DNA from: Macrostomum lignano
Lineage: Eukaryota
Assembly (NCBI GenBank): GCA_002269645.1
Contig: NIVC01000736.1
Span: 62,001 to 126,000, forward strand
Reading direction: 5' to 3'
Length of the DNA stretch: 64,000 nt
Part shown: positions 47,283 to 59,935 of the stretch, piece after piece
How positions within the stretch are numbered: position 1 is the first letter of the stretch
Layout: each line of letters opens with the position of its first letter
Translations under genes and position numbers: made by a program
Notes under the pieces: model-generated
The model's database searches: none
Seen by the model: the letters and a program-made list of their open reading frames with translations, nothing else
What the model was told of the DNA's origin: nothing

Positions 47283-50200
47283 ATGAGTCTGCAGCGCAAG
47301 AAGGACACCGCGCCCAGTCAGCGGTTCTTCGAGCACCCGGAGGTGATCGCCGAGTTCGATACGGTCCGCACCTGGCTCACCCGCAATCACAAGAAACTCA
47401 TGCAGACGGAGCCGCCAACCAACAAGAGCCTGGCCTCCATCTGCTACCAGCTGCTCTGCTTCCAGGAGGAGCAGGTCCGCCGCCAGGCAAAGTCGCCGCC
47501 GTATCCGACCCGCCTGCCCGGCCGGCTGTTCCTGGACTTCCAGCCGGGCGGCGCGCTCTGCCAGATGTTCCTGACTGTGTTCCGCTTCAAAGGCGAGCAG
47601 GGCTGGCGCAGGCTGGACTTTCACAAGGCCTCCTGGCTGGAGAAGAATCTGGAAATGCTGGCGCTGATGCGCAAGGAGCTGCTGGACTCCAAGCTGTGGT
47701 CGCTGCCGCGGGTGCACATCAAATCAGACGTGCCCGAGGACATCCGGACTCGCCTGCTGGACATTTGCCAGCGACACGGCCTCGAGCTGGCTGACACCGA
47801 GGACGCCTGCACACACCTGGTGTACGGCCCGGCCAGCGCTGCCCCGGCCGCCGCCGCCCAGCAGCTGCTTGAGGACAAGGTCACCCCGGCCTTCAAGGAG
47901 GGCAAGCACTCGGTGGTGCATTGGAAGGGCACCGTGTCCAGCTATGATGTGTTTTACACTAGCCCCGCTGAGCTGGAGGTTGAGGTAATCAGCATGGGAT
48001 AAATCCCAGCTCAGGCGGATTCTGGGTAAAGAGATTCGCCCATCTCATATGAGATTTCTTTCATCTCATATGAGATTTCCTCTCTATCTGCGATTCGTTC
48101 TTTATGCAAGGACTTGAGATTCCTTCTCCATTTCTGAATGAGATTTCCTCTCCGTTCCGACTATGAGATTCCCTCTCTACCCAGAATAAGAGATTCCCTC
48201 TCCATTCCAAATATGAGATTCCCTCTCCACCCAGAATAAGAGATTCCCTCTCCACCCAGAATATGAGATTCCCTCTCCACCCAGAATATGAGATTCCCTC
48301 TCCACCCAGAATATGAGATTCCCTCTCCATTCCGAATATGAGATTCCCTCTCCATTCCGAATATGAGATTCCCTCTCCACCCAGAATATGAGATTCCCTC
48401 TCCACCCAGAATATGATATTCCCTCTCCACCCAGAATACGAGATTCCCTCTCCATCCCGCATATGAGATTCCCTCTCCATTCTGAACAATATGAGATTTT
48501 CTCTCCATCCAGTGTATGAGATTCTCTCTACCTGAGACACTGAGATTCCCTCTGCCTGAGACACTGAGATTCCCTCTGCCTGAGACACTAGAGTTCCTCT
48601 GCCTGAGACACTAGATTCCCTCTGCCTCAGACACTAAGATCCCTCTGCCTGAGACACTGAGATTCCCTCTGCCTGAGACACTAGATTCCCTCTGCCTGAG
48701 AAACTAGATTCCCTCTGCCTGAGACACTAGATTCCCTCTGTCTGAGACACTAGATTCCCTCTGCCTAAGACACTAGATTCCCTCTGCCTAAGACACTAGA
48801 TTCCCTCTGCCTAAGACACTAGATTCCCTCTGCCTGAGACACTAGATTCCCTCTGCCTGAGACACTAGATCCCTCTGCCTGAGACACTAGATTCCCTCTG
48901 CCTGAGACACTAGATTCCCTCTGCCTGAGACACTAGATTCCCTCTGCCTGAGACACTAGATTCCCTCTGCCTGAGACACTAGATTCCCTCTGCCTGAGAC
49001 ACTAGATCCCTCTGCCTGAGACACTAGATTCACTCTGCCTAAGACACTAGATTTCCTCCGCCTGAGACACTAGATTCCCTCTGCCTAAGACACTAGATTC
49101 CCTCTGCCTGAGACACTAGATTCCCTCTGCCTGAGACACTAGATTCCCTAATCAATCCCACTCCTTCGCCAGGTGACCCGCTGCGTCCCGGACGGTCCCT
49201 GGGAGCTGGACGCCGCTTACCTGTTGACGCTGGACGAGCAGTGCGAGTTCCCGCCGGAGGAGGACTTCCTGGTGGAGTACCAGGAGTTCGCCCGGCGCAC
49301 CGGCCGCAAGCCAGCGGCGCCGCCCCGCTACTACTCGGTTTCCGAGTTCGTGGAGCTCAAGCGGGAGAAGAAAATTCAGAAGCGAAAGCGATCGCCTTCG
49401 CCGCCAGCCTCGTCGACCGGCGCCCAGGCGGTGGCCGCATCGACGCCTTCGTCGAATTCCCGTTCCGGCGTTGGCGGAACCGCCGGTTCCGGCCGGAAGT
49501 CGTCGGCTGCCAACGTCTCGGCGGCGGCGGCAGCTTCCGGCGGCGGCGCTGGCGGCAAGAAGGCGCGCCGGGAGACGGGCGCCTCCGCTGCTGCTTCTGC
49601 GACAGGCAGCCAGCCCTCCGGCGAGCCCATGGACGCGGAAGCGCCCGGCGGCGGGTCCGGCCGCGCTGGCGGCGGCGCCGAGGAGGACGCGGACGCCACA
49701 GCCGCTACGGTCGGCGGCACGGAGGGCGGCGGTGGCGGCAAAGTCGAAGACGGAGAGGATGAGCACGGGCAGGTGAGGTCACACTACTGGTAGTAGTGCA
49801 GACAGCCTGTGAGATTAATTTCCGATCTGTTGCTTACCTGGCAGAGGCAACATGAAGCATTTATTGGGCCTCTTTCACAAGCTCGAAATTTCAAATTTCT
49901 GAGGACACTCGGTCTGCAACAAACAACTGCCGACACAATCTCAGAAATAAACCCCGGTCGTAAGCTAAACCCCAGCCCTAACCTAAACCCCAGCCCCAAC
50001 CTAAACCCCAGCCCTAACCTAAACCCCAGCCCTAACCTAAACTTCACCCTAACCTAAACCCCAGCCCTAACCTAAACCCTAGCCATTTTAGCATTTCTAC
50101 TACTGTTTAGACAGTAAATAGTGTGTTTTGCTAATGTATAGAGGAATTTTGCTGTGGATAATCAACTGCAAAAAGCAATGTATCACAATTGTATTGCATT

Positions 50201-52903
50201 TTTTCTAAAATTTTCAGACTGCCGCTGGCGGTGACGTGACGGTGACTGAGCAGGCGCACGTCATCATCGTGCCCTCCTACGCCACCTGGTTCGACTACAA
50301 CTCCATCCACGCGCTGGAGGAGCGCGGCCTGCCCGAGTTCTTCACCAAGGGCAAACAGAGCAAAACTCCTGAGGCCTACCTGGCCTATCGCAACTTCATG
50401 ATTGACACCTACAGGCTCAACCCGCAGGAGTACCTCACCTTCACTGCCTGCAGGCGGAATTTGCATGGCGACGTGTGCGGCATCCTCAGGGTGCACGCTT
50501 TCCTGGAACAGTGGGGCCTCATCAACTACCAGGTGAGGCTGAACTTGAGTCTGGGCTTGCGTTTGAGCCTTTGTTAGACCCCACAGTAGAGTTTGACTCT
50601 TTGTCCGACCCCACAGTAGAGTTTGAGTCTTTGTCCGGCCCCACAGTAGAGTTTAGGTCTTTGTCCGGCCCCACAGTAGAGTTTAGGTCTTTGTCCGACC
50701 CAACAGTAGAGTTAAAGTCTTTGTCCGACCCCATCCGCACTTGTCAAGTAGAAGCTCGCCGATTTCCCAGGTTGACAACGAAGCCAAGCTCGCCGCTCTG
50801 GGGCCGCCGTCAACCTCGCATTTCCACGTGCTGGCGGACACCCCGGCCGGACTGGCGCCCGTCAACCCGCCATTCAAGCCCGCTCCGCCCTTCCTCAATG
50901 TTGGCGGCGGCAACGGCGGAACCGCTGTCGTCACCAGCGAAGCTTCAGTATCAGCCGCCGCCGCCACCGCCGCGGTGCCCGCCTCAACCGCAGCCTCTAC
51001 GACAACCACAACAGCGACTGTGACCTCCAACGGTCATGGGGTCTCATCTGCGGCTTCCGCTGCGGACAGTCCCGCGGTGTCTGGGGCAGCTGCCAGCGGC
51101 GACTCCCAGCAGGGCAGCGGCACCGGAGTGCCCGGCGGCACGGCGGCGATTCAGTCGCAACAGCAGCAGCAACAGGCGCCGTCGGCTCAGTCGGCAGCGC
51201 AGTCCGCCGCCGGACAAAAGTCCGAGGCGAGCTCGAAGCAGCCGGACAAGCCGCCGGCCAGCCGCAAGTCGGACTGGACTGACCAGGAGACGCTGAGCCT
51301 GCTGGAGGGCCTCGAGCTGTTCAAAGATGACTGGAACCGAGTGGCCGAGCACGTGGGGTCCCGCACCCAGGAGGAGTGCGTGCTGCACTTCCTGAAGCTG
51401 CCGATCGAGGATCCGTTTTTAGAGGGCGCCGAGGAGGCGCTGGGCCCGCTGATCCACCAGCCGATTCCCTTCAGCAAGGCCGGCAACCCCATCATGTGCA
51501 CCGTGGCCTTCCTGGCTGCCACTGTTGATCCCAGGATTGCCAGCGCCGCCACCAAGGCTGCTCTGGACGAGTACGCCAAGATGAGGGACGAGATTCCCAA
51601 CTGCGTGCTCAAGGCTCACCAGCAGAGCGTCGGCGCCAACAAGGAGGCCTCCGCGGCCGCCACCAGCTCGCTGGGCAACGGAGCTCCGCCTGCTGCTGCT
51701 GCTGACAAGTCTGCTGCCTCCGAGGACGCCGCTTCCGCTGCTCTGGCTGCCACGGCTGACGCTGCGCCACCAGCTGCTGTCGCATCCGCCGAGTCCGCCG
51801 GCGACGCCGCCTCTGTCAAGAAGGAAGGCGACGACTCCGGCGGTGCCCCGGCCGCCGCTGCTTCCTCTGAGTCTGTCGCCGCCGCCGCCGCGAAAACGAA
51901 TGGCGACGAGCCGGTGACGACTGATCCCGCTGCAGGTGAAGCCGCCAAGCCCAAGAGTCCTCCGGCTGCTTCCGCAGCTGCTGCTGAGGTTGCCTCAACC
52001 GAAGCCGGCGATAAGGAGCCGGCTGACGCGGCCAATGAGACCAGCGGCCAGCCGCCCGCTGCCGCCGCCGCAGCCCCGGCCGATCCCAAGGAGACGATGA
52101 GCGCCGCTGCCGCGTCCGTTCTGGCCGCCGCTGCTGTCAAAGCCAAGCACCTGGCCCAGGTGGAGGAGAAGAAGATCAAGAGCCTGGTGGCCTCGCTGGT
52201 GGAGACCCAGATGAAGAAGATTGAAACCAAACTGCGCCACTTCCAGGAGCTGGAGGCGCTGATGGACAGAGAGCGGGAAGTGCTGGAAGCCCAGCGACAG
52301 CAGCTGCTGCAGGAGCGCCAGGCCTTCTACCAAGAGATGAACCGCGTGGCCGAGCAGCGCGCTCGCCAGCTGGCCGCTCAAGAAGTCCGCCAGCAGCAGC
52401 AGCAGCAGCAATTGGCTGAGCAGACTGCTCAGGCATCGACTGTTCCAACTTCCGATTCCGCCATGCCTCCGCCGCCACCGCCGCCGCCCCCGACGTCGCA
52501 GCAGCCGGCAACTCCGCAGCCTCCTTCGCTGTCCGCCCAGCCGCAACTGCCGGCCGCCCCGCAGGCTTCGAGTGTCGCCTCGGCTGCCGGAGCTGCGGCC
52601 GGTCCGGCTGTTGAAGCTCCTCAGGGCGCTGAGTCAACCGCCGCCGCTCCTCCGACTCTGTCCGCAGCCCTCGACGAGGCCCCAGCGTCTGCGCCGGCCG
52701 CCGCTTCGGTGACCCCCTCCGGCGATTCTGTGACGTCGCCGGCGGCGCCTCCGCCGCCTTCGTTGGCCTCAGAGGCGCGCGGCGCCGCGCCCTCGGACTC
52801 GGAGATGCCCCCGGTGCCGGACAGGGCGCCAGAGCAGCCGCCTGCCGCTGCCCAGGCGGAGGGGCCGCAGCCAATGGAGACGGACCAGGCCGGGCCGCAG
52901 TAG
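47283..52903 (+). CDS. SMARCC2: SWI/SNF complex subunit SMARCC (BAF155/BAF170, Moira), 1249 aa. Exons: 47283-47984, 49173-49772, 50218-50532, 50771-52903
   Basis: [10 protein letters not shown] and [11 protein letters not shown] (N-terminal module), [17 protein letters not shown]...[54 protein letters not shown], coiled coil [16 protein letters not shown]. All introns phase 0. SMARCC1 versus SMARCC2 cannot be assigned. Confidence 0.95.
48040..49150. repeat. Compound intronic minisatellite (~30-bp GAGATTCCCTCTCCACCCAGAATAT units grading into 22-23-bp CTAGATTCCCTCTGCCTGAGACA units)
   Basis: Fills SMARCC intron 1. Confidence 0.92.
49960..50085. repeat. 18-bp minisatellite (AACCTAAACCCCAGCCCT)
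   Basis: About 6 copies in SMARCC intron 2. Confidence 0.85.
50575..50732. repeat. 30-bp minisatellite (CCCCACAGTAGAGTTTAGGTCTTTGTCCGG)
   Basis: About 5 copies in SMARCC intron 3. Confidence 0.85.
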
Positions 52904-55187
52904 CGGCTTTCCCGTTTTCGGCTTGTGAAACTTTAATTTGAATTTCGATAACAAAACTCTGAACCGAATAATCTGTTAGCCGTATTATTCCCAGTGCTGA
53001 GTTGTCTCCGTGCAAATGTACATATCGTATTGCCGGCACTGGCTGGCCTTGTTGCACCCAGCGCGTTCTGCCTGCACCACCAGCATCGCCGTTTTCATTG
53101 TTTGATATTATAAAAATTTAATAGTTTCTCAATGCTGTTTATTCAACTGTTTATCGTTTGCTTCTGCGTCTGTATCTGTGGCGCTTGTCTGCCGTGCTTG
53201 TTTAGTATATCTGGGCGTGGCGATAGAATCCCCAGCAGTGCAATCCGGTTCCGAGTCTTACTGACCCCCCCCCCCCCTGGTATTCGTTGTAAAGTTCGGC
53301 CGCTGCTACCAATGCTCTATTAGTATTTGTTATAATATTATTATTATTATGCAATCTAGTTACAATGCAGTAAGTTCAACTACAAATCTTTATAGCGCAC
53401 GAGCGTAAGAGTGTTGCATGCACTGATTTTTTTAAAATGTAAAGCAGCTTAATCATTCGCTGTCCGTCATCCCGATTTCTAATATATGCATTATTACTGT
53501 TATAAATGTTATTAATAAATTGCCGTTATTAACCAATTTGTATCAGTCGAATTCTCATCAGTGCGTACATGGCGGGTGGCTGTCTTTTCTGCTGTTTGCT
53601 TTTTTTGTATCGATTGGCTAAAAACTATATGAGCTACAAAGAAGACTGCAAACAGGAGAAGATCTTGTGCTTGGATACGCATTTGGGATTGCAGTAATGA
53701 TGCACCTGTATATTATTACATGCAAGGACTGTGCCTTTAGGCTCCGATCCTGTTACTTAACTCGTTTTGCCTTTTTACCAGTATCCATGGCTTCTATGCA
53801 GATTATTGGGTGATGGACGACTGCATGCCGTGGTCGTGGACTCATATGAGAGGCCGCGGTTAGTTAAAGGCTATGGGCTACATGATACGGCCTATTGATG
53901 TATACATGTACATATATCGCACGCTCATTAACAGCCCCTGTGATGTGCCAGATCACGCTACCACCAATTTCCGACCAAATTTTAATCTCTATTGATTCGA
54001 TCTTAACTTCAGAAGTGCCCTAAGAAGAGGAAGTGTGCTAATCGAGTCTTCTGTGGTGCCAACCAAAAACCGGTGAGGGATCGTGGGTCAAGACCAACCA
54101 AAATGGGGGCCGGAGGGAGCGGGCCTGTATTTTGGCGGAAGTTTACTTTGCCTCTCTGGCGTACCGCGAATGTACATGTACATGTATTCCGAAATTATAG
54201 TCCGCTGCGCAAAAGCATATCTGCATGAAATAATTGCTCCCTTCTGGAATCATTCAATCAATATCTTTTTTCAAGTTTTAAAACAACCTTGAGTCATTGA
54301 CAGGAGCTGAGGCTCTCGAACGATATCTGTAAAAGAAAATTTTCCCCTAGTGTGGAGTAAGTGTAAGTGACGATTCTAACTATTAAATCTGTCTTTATCA
54401 AGTTCTTGGTACGTTTTTCAAAAATATTTTACTATCAGGCAATGCTATGTGGCTGTTTTTTTGCCTATCTTCGAAAAATGATATACTGAATTATAGACCT
54501 TACTCGTAGTGTGGCGCGAACTCAACTTTCAAAAAAATAGAAACCGCCAGTAAGTCCGAGCTCAAAGCAGCCGGACAACGGACAAGCCGCCGGCCGACCG
54601 CAAGTCGGCCACCTTTAGCTTTAGTGGCGCGAGCGAGTGTCGTGTGTCTATGATGTGTTTTTGATCCTGATATTAGCTAATCTGGGCGCTAACAAAAAGG
54701 TTAGATTAAATCTGAGAAAATTGTCACAATCTAGATAATTTGATCAGCATCATACTCTAATAATGTAGGCCGTACTTATTAATTGAATGCATAGATTTTT
54801 ACAAATTATATCCATAGGCGCCCTAGCCTCTAGGCATAGGCTAGGGCCTAGCTACTATGCCTAGTCCTAGCTCCTAGTTATAATATTTTTTTTAAATTAG
54901 GGCCTATAATTTCATTATAAATTATAATTATAATTATTATGTTTTCCTCTTTTATTACACATTGAAATTTTAAGCCTAAGTTGAAATTATCTCTATAATA
55001 TAGTAGTAGGGCCCTAATATAGTTTTATATGACAAAATAAGTTCTCTAGAGGCCTTATGCCTAGGATAGCTCTAGTAATAGTATACTATAACTATATTAT
55101 TCCTACGTTTTTTTAATTTAGGAGACATTTGGACTTGGCTTTGTCTTTTACTATTGGTTTAGGGCCTAGTTTATTGCCAAAAGAATA

Positions 55188-55901
55188 CCATAGTCCAGAT
55201 CATGGCAGGGTGTACGTCAAACTAAAACTTGATGGATCCACAGTTTGTACGCCAATGTACGCCAATTTTTTTCTGCCTTCCCTAACTGTACGCCACTTTT
55301 ACAGGTACAAATTTTCTACTTCAAAACTATTCAATGAAAAGTTGAATAGTTTCCAACTCCAAGATATCAATAGTACACTATATACTAGTAGACCTACTTG
55401 ACTGTGCTTTCAGCTTTACAGAGTTTGACAAAAACTTTAACTTTTAACTTTAGTCTTAACTTTCATCTTAATGCCAGTCAGTTTCAGTTAGAAAATAATC
55501 AGTTAATCAGTTAGCATTAATCAGAAATCAGTTAATAGTTAACAAAAAATGGAGCATATCGCAATTTAAATACAGTTACACCTATGTTATATATATCCCT
55601 GTTATACTGCAAGCAAGTAAAATATATATTATGCCTCTAGCAGCAAGTTTTATTAGAATATTAAAATTATTCAATAAAACAATAGATGGGAATATATTTT
55701 AAATTTTCGTGCAAATTCCTAAAAAATACCAATGTTTATGTACATTACATTGCAAGTTGCAACAGCAACAACGTATACGCCACTCACGCCAATAGGTAGG
55801 GCCCAATTTTTTGGTTGTACGCCAATGTATACCAATAAGGTTAGCAAAGGGTGACTGTATGCCAAATTAATTTGGTGTACAGGCCATGATCCAGACTATG
55901 G
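55188..55901. mobile_element. Non-autonomous hAT-type element, 714 bp, 8-bp TSD
   Basis: TSD AAAGAATA at 55180-55187 and 55902-55909; imperfect TIR CCATAGTC..GATCATGGC; internal TACGCCA subrepeats. Confidence 0.8.
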
Positions 55902-58900
55902 AAAGAATACTTGACTAAATGGTAAATTGATGGCATATATCACAATATACTAACTTAACTGTGACAATTAGGCCTAGGCTTAAGATGACACAGTCTTAGG
56001 ATCAAATGATGAAGACAAAAAACATATAAGCATTACTATGCATTATTGAGCATTATATATATGCTTACTAAGCATTATTATAAGAATTACTATAAGCAGA
56101 CATTAGAGTATGAGACCATCTAAATGGCAGAAAATGACATCAAATAAACTATTATAGAATGGCATTGCTTTCACTAAAGCAGCCCTTTTTGGGGCCACCT
56201 CAATTGACAATCACAAAATAATAGCCTATATCTATATATAAACCCTAGACCTCAGACCTTGTAAATATTATAAGCCCAGGCTTTAAATCTAATTAGGCAA
56301 CTAGGCCTAAGTTTACTTATTTAGTCATAAAATAGCCTAGCTAGGCCTAATTTTAAGTTTGAAAGAGGCCTCAAGTTTTTTCTTATCATTTTTTGGACTT
56401 GGCCTATTAATGTCAAAAAATTAAATAGGCTCCTAAATCCTTAAAGAGGCCTAAATTTTACAAAATATATTAGAAAAATAAGACCTATTAGGCCCTAGTA
56501 TTGCAAATATTATAAAATTATAAAACTAAACTAGCCTATGCCTAAATAAGAATGAACTATATTCAATGTTTATTTGATAAGTAAAATATTTATATATCTA
56601 AGCAAAAAAATTCTTGCAAGTTTGTTTTTTGTTGTTTGCCATTTTTTTAATGTCTATTATCTACTTATGTTTTTTTCAAGGTAGGCCTATTTAGAAAGCT
56701 AGAGCATTTTAATAGATAATAGAACCATTTTGGTATAGCCTTTTAGTTTTAGTTTTTTGCTATATAAGGCCTAAGTGTTAGATGAATATTATGCATTTGC
56801 TTTTTCATATGAAGTCTTAAGGAAACAAAACCCCTCAATTATTGGCCCTATTGGAATAAGTTTTCAGACACTGTGGACAGTGCATCTAGTGCGCCATGGC
56901 AATCATAAAGTGGCCTGGACGGTGCGTCATGACAATCTTCAAATCCTAAGGTGGTATGGACGCCATAGTCAGGAAGGTGGCAGAGTGTGCGCCGGAACAA
57001 ATTTTGGCCTCTCCCAAAATTGTGCGCCGTGCGCCGACACAAAAACCCTCGTGTGCGCCGTTGTGCGCCCGCCACTACCTGCCTTGCGACAATAAAAGAC
57101 ATTTTTTTACAACATAGCAACAATTTTTGTGCGCCAATATACGGGACGGTTACGGGCTATCTATATTATATTATGAGAAATTGAGATCGTTAAACCGAAA
57201 ATAGAAATTTAAAAAATTTTTAATTAAATTTCTAATTTTTAAAACAAAACAAACATAAAAAGTAAGCAAATGGCAAAAACAAAGGTAAAAAGGAAAAGGA
57301 AAATATTTTATTTTATTTTTTATTTTTTGGTAGAATGCAGTGTTACATTAGATAGAACAGTGAATAGTGTACTGTAACAAGTAACGACTTACATCGTTAC
57401 ATGGGATCGCCACAAGGGTAACGCTGCACCGTGCTGCTGACTTTCTCCTGTGCATGCTTCTCATCCTTGTTCAGCAGCGCTGTATGTAGCGCGTGATGTC
57501 CTCCTTGCATCTTACCTGTGAGCTGCTGTGCGTCATGGCGCATGGCGCGCGTAGCGCGCCATGCGCCATGACTATGAGGAAAAAGAAAAAGTGCGCCGGA
57601 CGCCGTCCGCGAAAATACCACTTATTCCAATAGGGATTATTGGTGCAATAGCAAGGCTAATTACAGGCTATTATTTTCATAGTTTGCTATCTAAATTTAA
57701 ATCATTCCAACCTAGAAAATGTCATTTTGTCTATACAAATACTAAGCTACACACACATTATACTGCAAATGGCTAGATTAAATTGACCAATGACTAGCTA
57801 TGCTTGTATAGTAGAATTTAGATAAATATGTATTTTGGGCAGGTTGCCTAGGTAAAAACAGGCATGATTGAAATGCCTGTACATGATGAATATTGATAAA
57901 TCACATGCCACCACAAATGCCTCGCTCAAAGGTTTGATCCATTTTGTCACTCAAAAGCTGAATGCCTTCCTTTGCAATGCCACAAAGTGACTTTAGGGTG
58001 GAAGCAAATGAAAGCCCAGGTGTTAATACAAAAATGGACCAGATCTAGTCCATCTTCTCGGAGGCTGAGCCGGCGGAAATTCTCAAAAATATCCGCAAGT
58101 TGACGGATATCCAACTCAAGGTAGCAGAGCATATAATGACGCAAGTTAACTGCATTGAATTCACACCATGTTTCTTGAGCATGCTCATACTCTGGTATGC
58201 TGCATTTCAATCAATTGAAAAATTGCTCTCAGCTAGGCAGTTGTGTATCACTGAGTACATGACTATCAGAAAGATATTTGTATGGGAATACTCCCTTTGA
58301 AAAATGGACTTCATGGCTTATGTTTGGGAAATGCTCACGCATTCGAGCCATCACTATGCACATATCTTCAGCAAATTTGCAATTAGTTGTGCAATGCTAC
58401 TATGTAAAAACTGCAAGCTGTCGATAAACTGAAGCATAAAGTTTAGTGGCCTCATCTTACTATCCTTTTCATATTCATGGATTTTAACCTGCATTGATAG
58501 GTATGCCTTGGCTGTTTGCGGGATGATGCTGATTTTCCAGCCAGGCATATCACCAAGGGCGGTTGAGAAGATGAGGTGCAGATCATTGCCACGCAAGTTG
58601 TGTAGAACAACTGGTAGAAAGTGGCACTTTAGTCTGGCAAGTTTGTTGCATGAACTGCAGGCAGCACCACGGAACGCACCAGTCAAGTGATCGTGGTCCT
58701 AGTGCTTCTCACTAGAAGAGAGAATACTTTCTTCACAATAGTGGCAGCAAACAGCCTCATTTAATTTTCTAATGTCTGATTCATGTTTAACGGCTGGCTT
58801 ATGACTGAACTCCTTGTTTCAGTCATAGACTTTTCGAGCCAACTGCTCCAGAGACAAAAAATTCCTTGACGCATGCGTGTGCATCAGAACTGCAAAACAG

Positions 58901-59935
58901 AGCTACATCCTCGCAAGGCCTACACAACTGGCTAATTCCCTCTCAGGAGATTGTGTTGTAGCCTGCAGCAGCTGCCACGTGGTCTGTTAGCTTGGTGATT
59001 GATGCATCATCTACAGCAGTAGTTGGAACATTGAGTACTTCAAAGTCGGTGTAGACAACAAAAGGAGGGCTCAGTGTCTTCTCCCTGGACTTGAAGTGCA
59101 GGAAGGAACTTTCTGGCTCAGGCATAATCTCCTTAATGGAGATAAAATGTTGAAGATTACAATGCACTTGGTGTGATTGTAGATATTTTTCGGTTCAAAA
59201 ATTACTTAAGCATTGTTCACACCACTTTCGATTTCAAAAACCCCCTTTGCTGTCAAACAACCGATCGAAGCTTGACACCACACACCAGTGGGCAAGATTG
59301 TTGGTGTCAATCCCATTATTTTCCTGCTCGTCATCCTCTTAACTGCTATCGTCTGAGTCTCTGTGAGACAATGTTGACTGCACCAACATGAGTAGCACAA
59401 TCTTCCGAGATGTTGCCAATTGTGCACTGGGTTGGCGAATCACTGAAGGCTCTGAATTCTTCCATGTTAGAACCATGAAACGAATTTCTTTGTTTCTCTG
59501 CTCAATCGCTTCTAAGTCACTTATTGAGACTGGCAGATTAATACCTGTCAAATCGATTTCCGCCTCCCAGTTTTTAAGTCGACAATCTGTGACCCAACTT
59601 ATTCATGGTAGGATCATCACAATGAAGATAAGCCAAGCAGGCAAAGCAGAAAGTCATTTCCATTACACGGTGGATTAATGAGAGCCTTTTTATTTAGTAG
59701 TACAATAGTCAAGGAAAATTCACTGCATCCACCTGAATAGTATCAAATGCAGTCGGACAATGCACTGCACAGATTGACGTGGTTGAGACCATCAGCAACC
59801 CATCCACTGCCATTAGAATTGTAAACGTCAATTTTGCGCTCAAGCTCAGCAAATTGCTGCATCCACCAGTTCTTAAACTCGCATATGCCATTAAGACATA
59901 CCAGGTGGTGTGCGACGTACTTTTTTTAGCATTAA

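Noticed and set aside
49960-50085. Telomere-like CCTAAACCC repeat
   Set aside because: The unit is 18 bp and intronic, not a TTAGGG-type array.
49152-53057. Many long minus-strand and alternate-frame ORFs over SMARCC
   Set aside because: Shadow ORFs of GC-rich coding sequence with no domain features.
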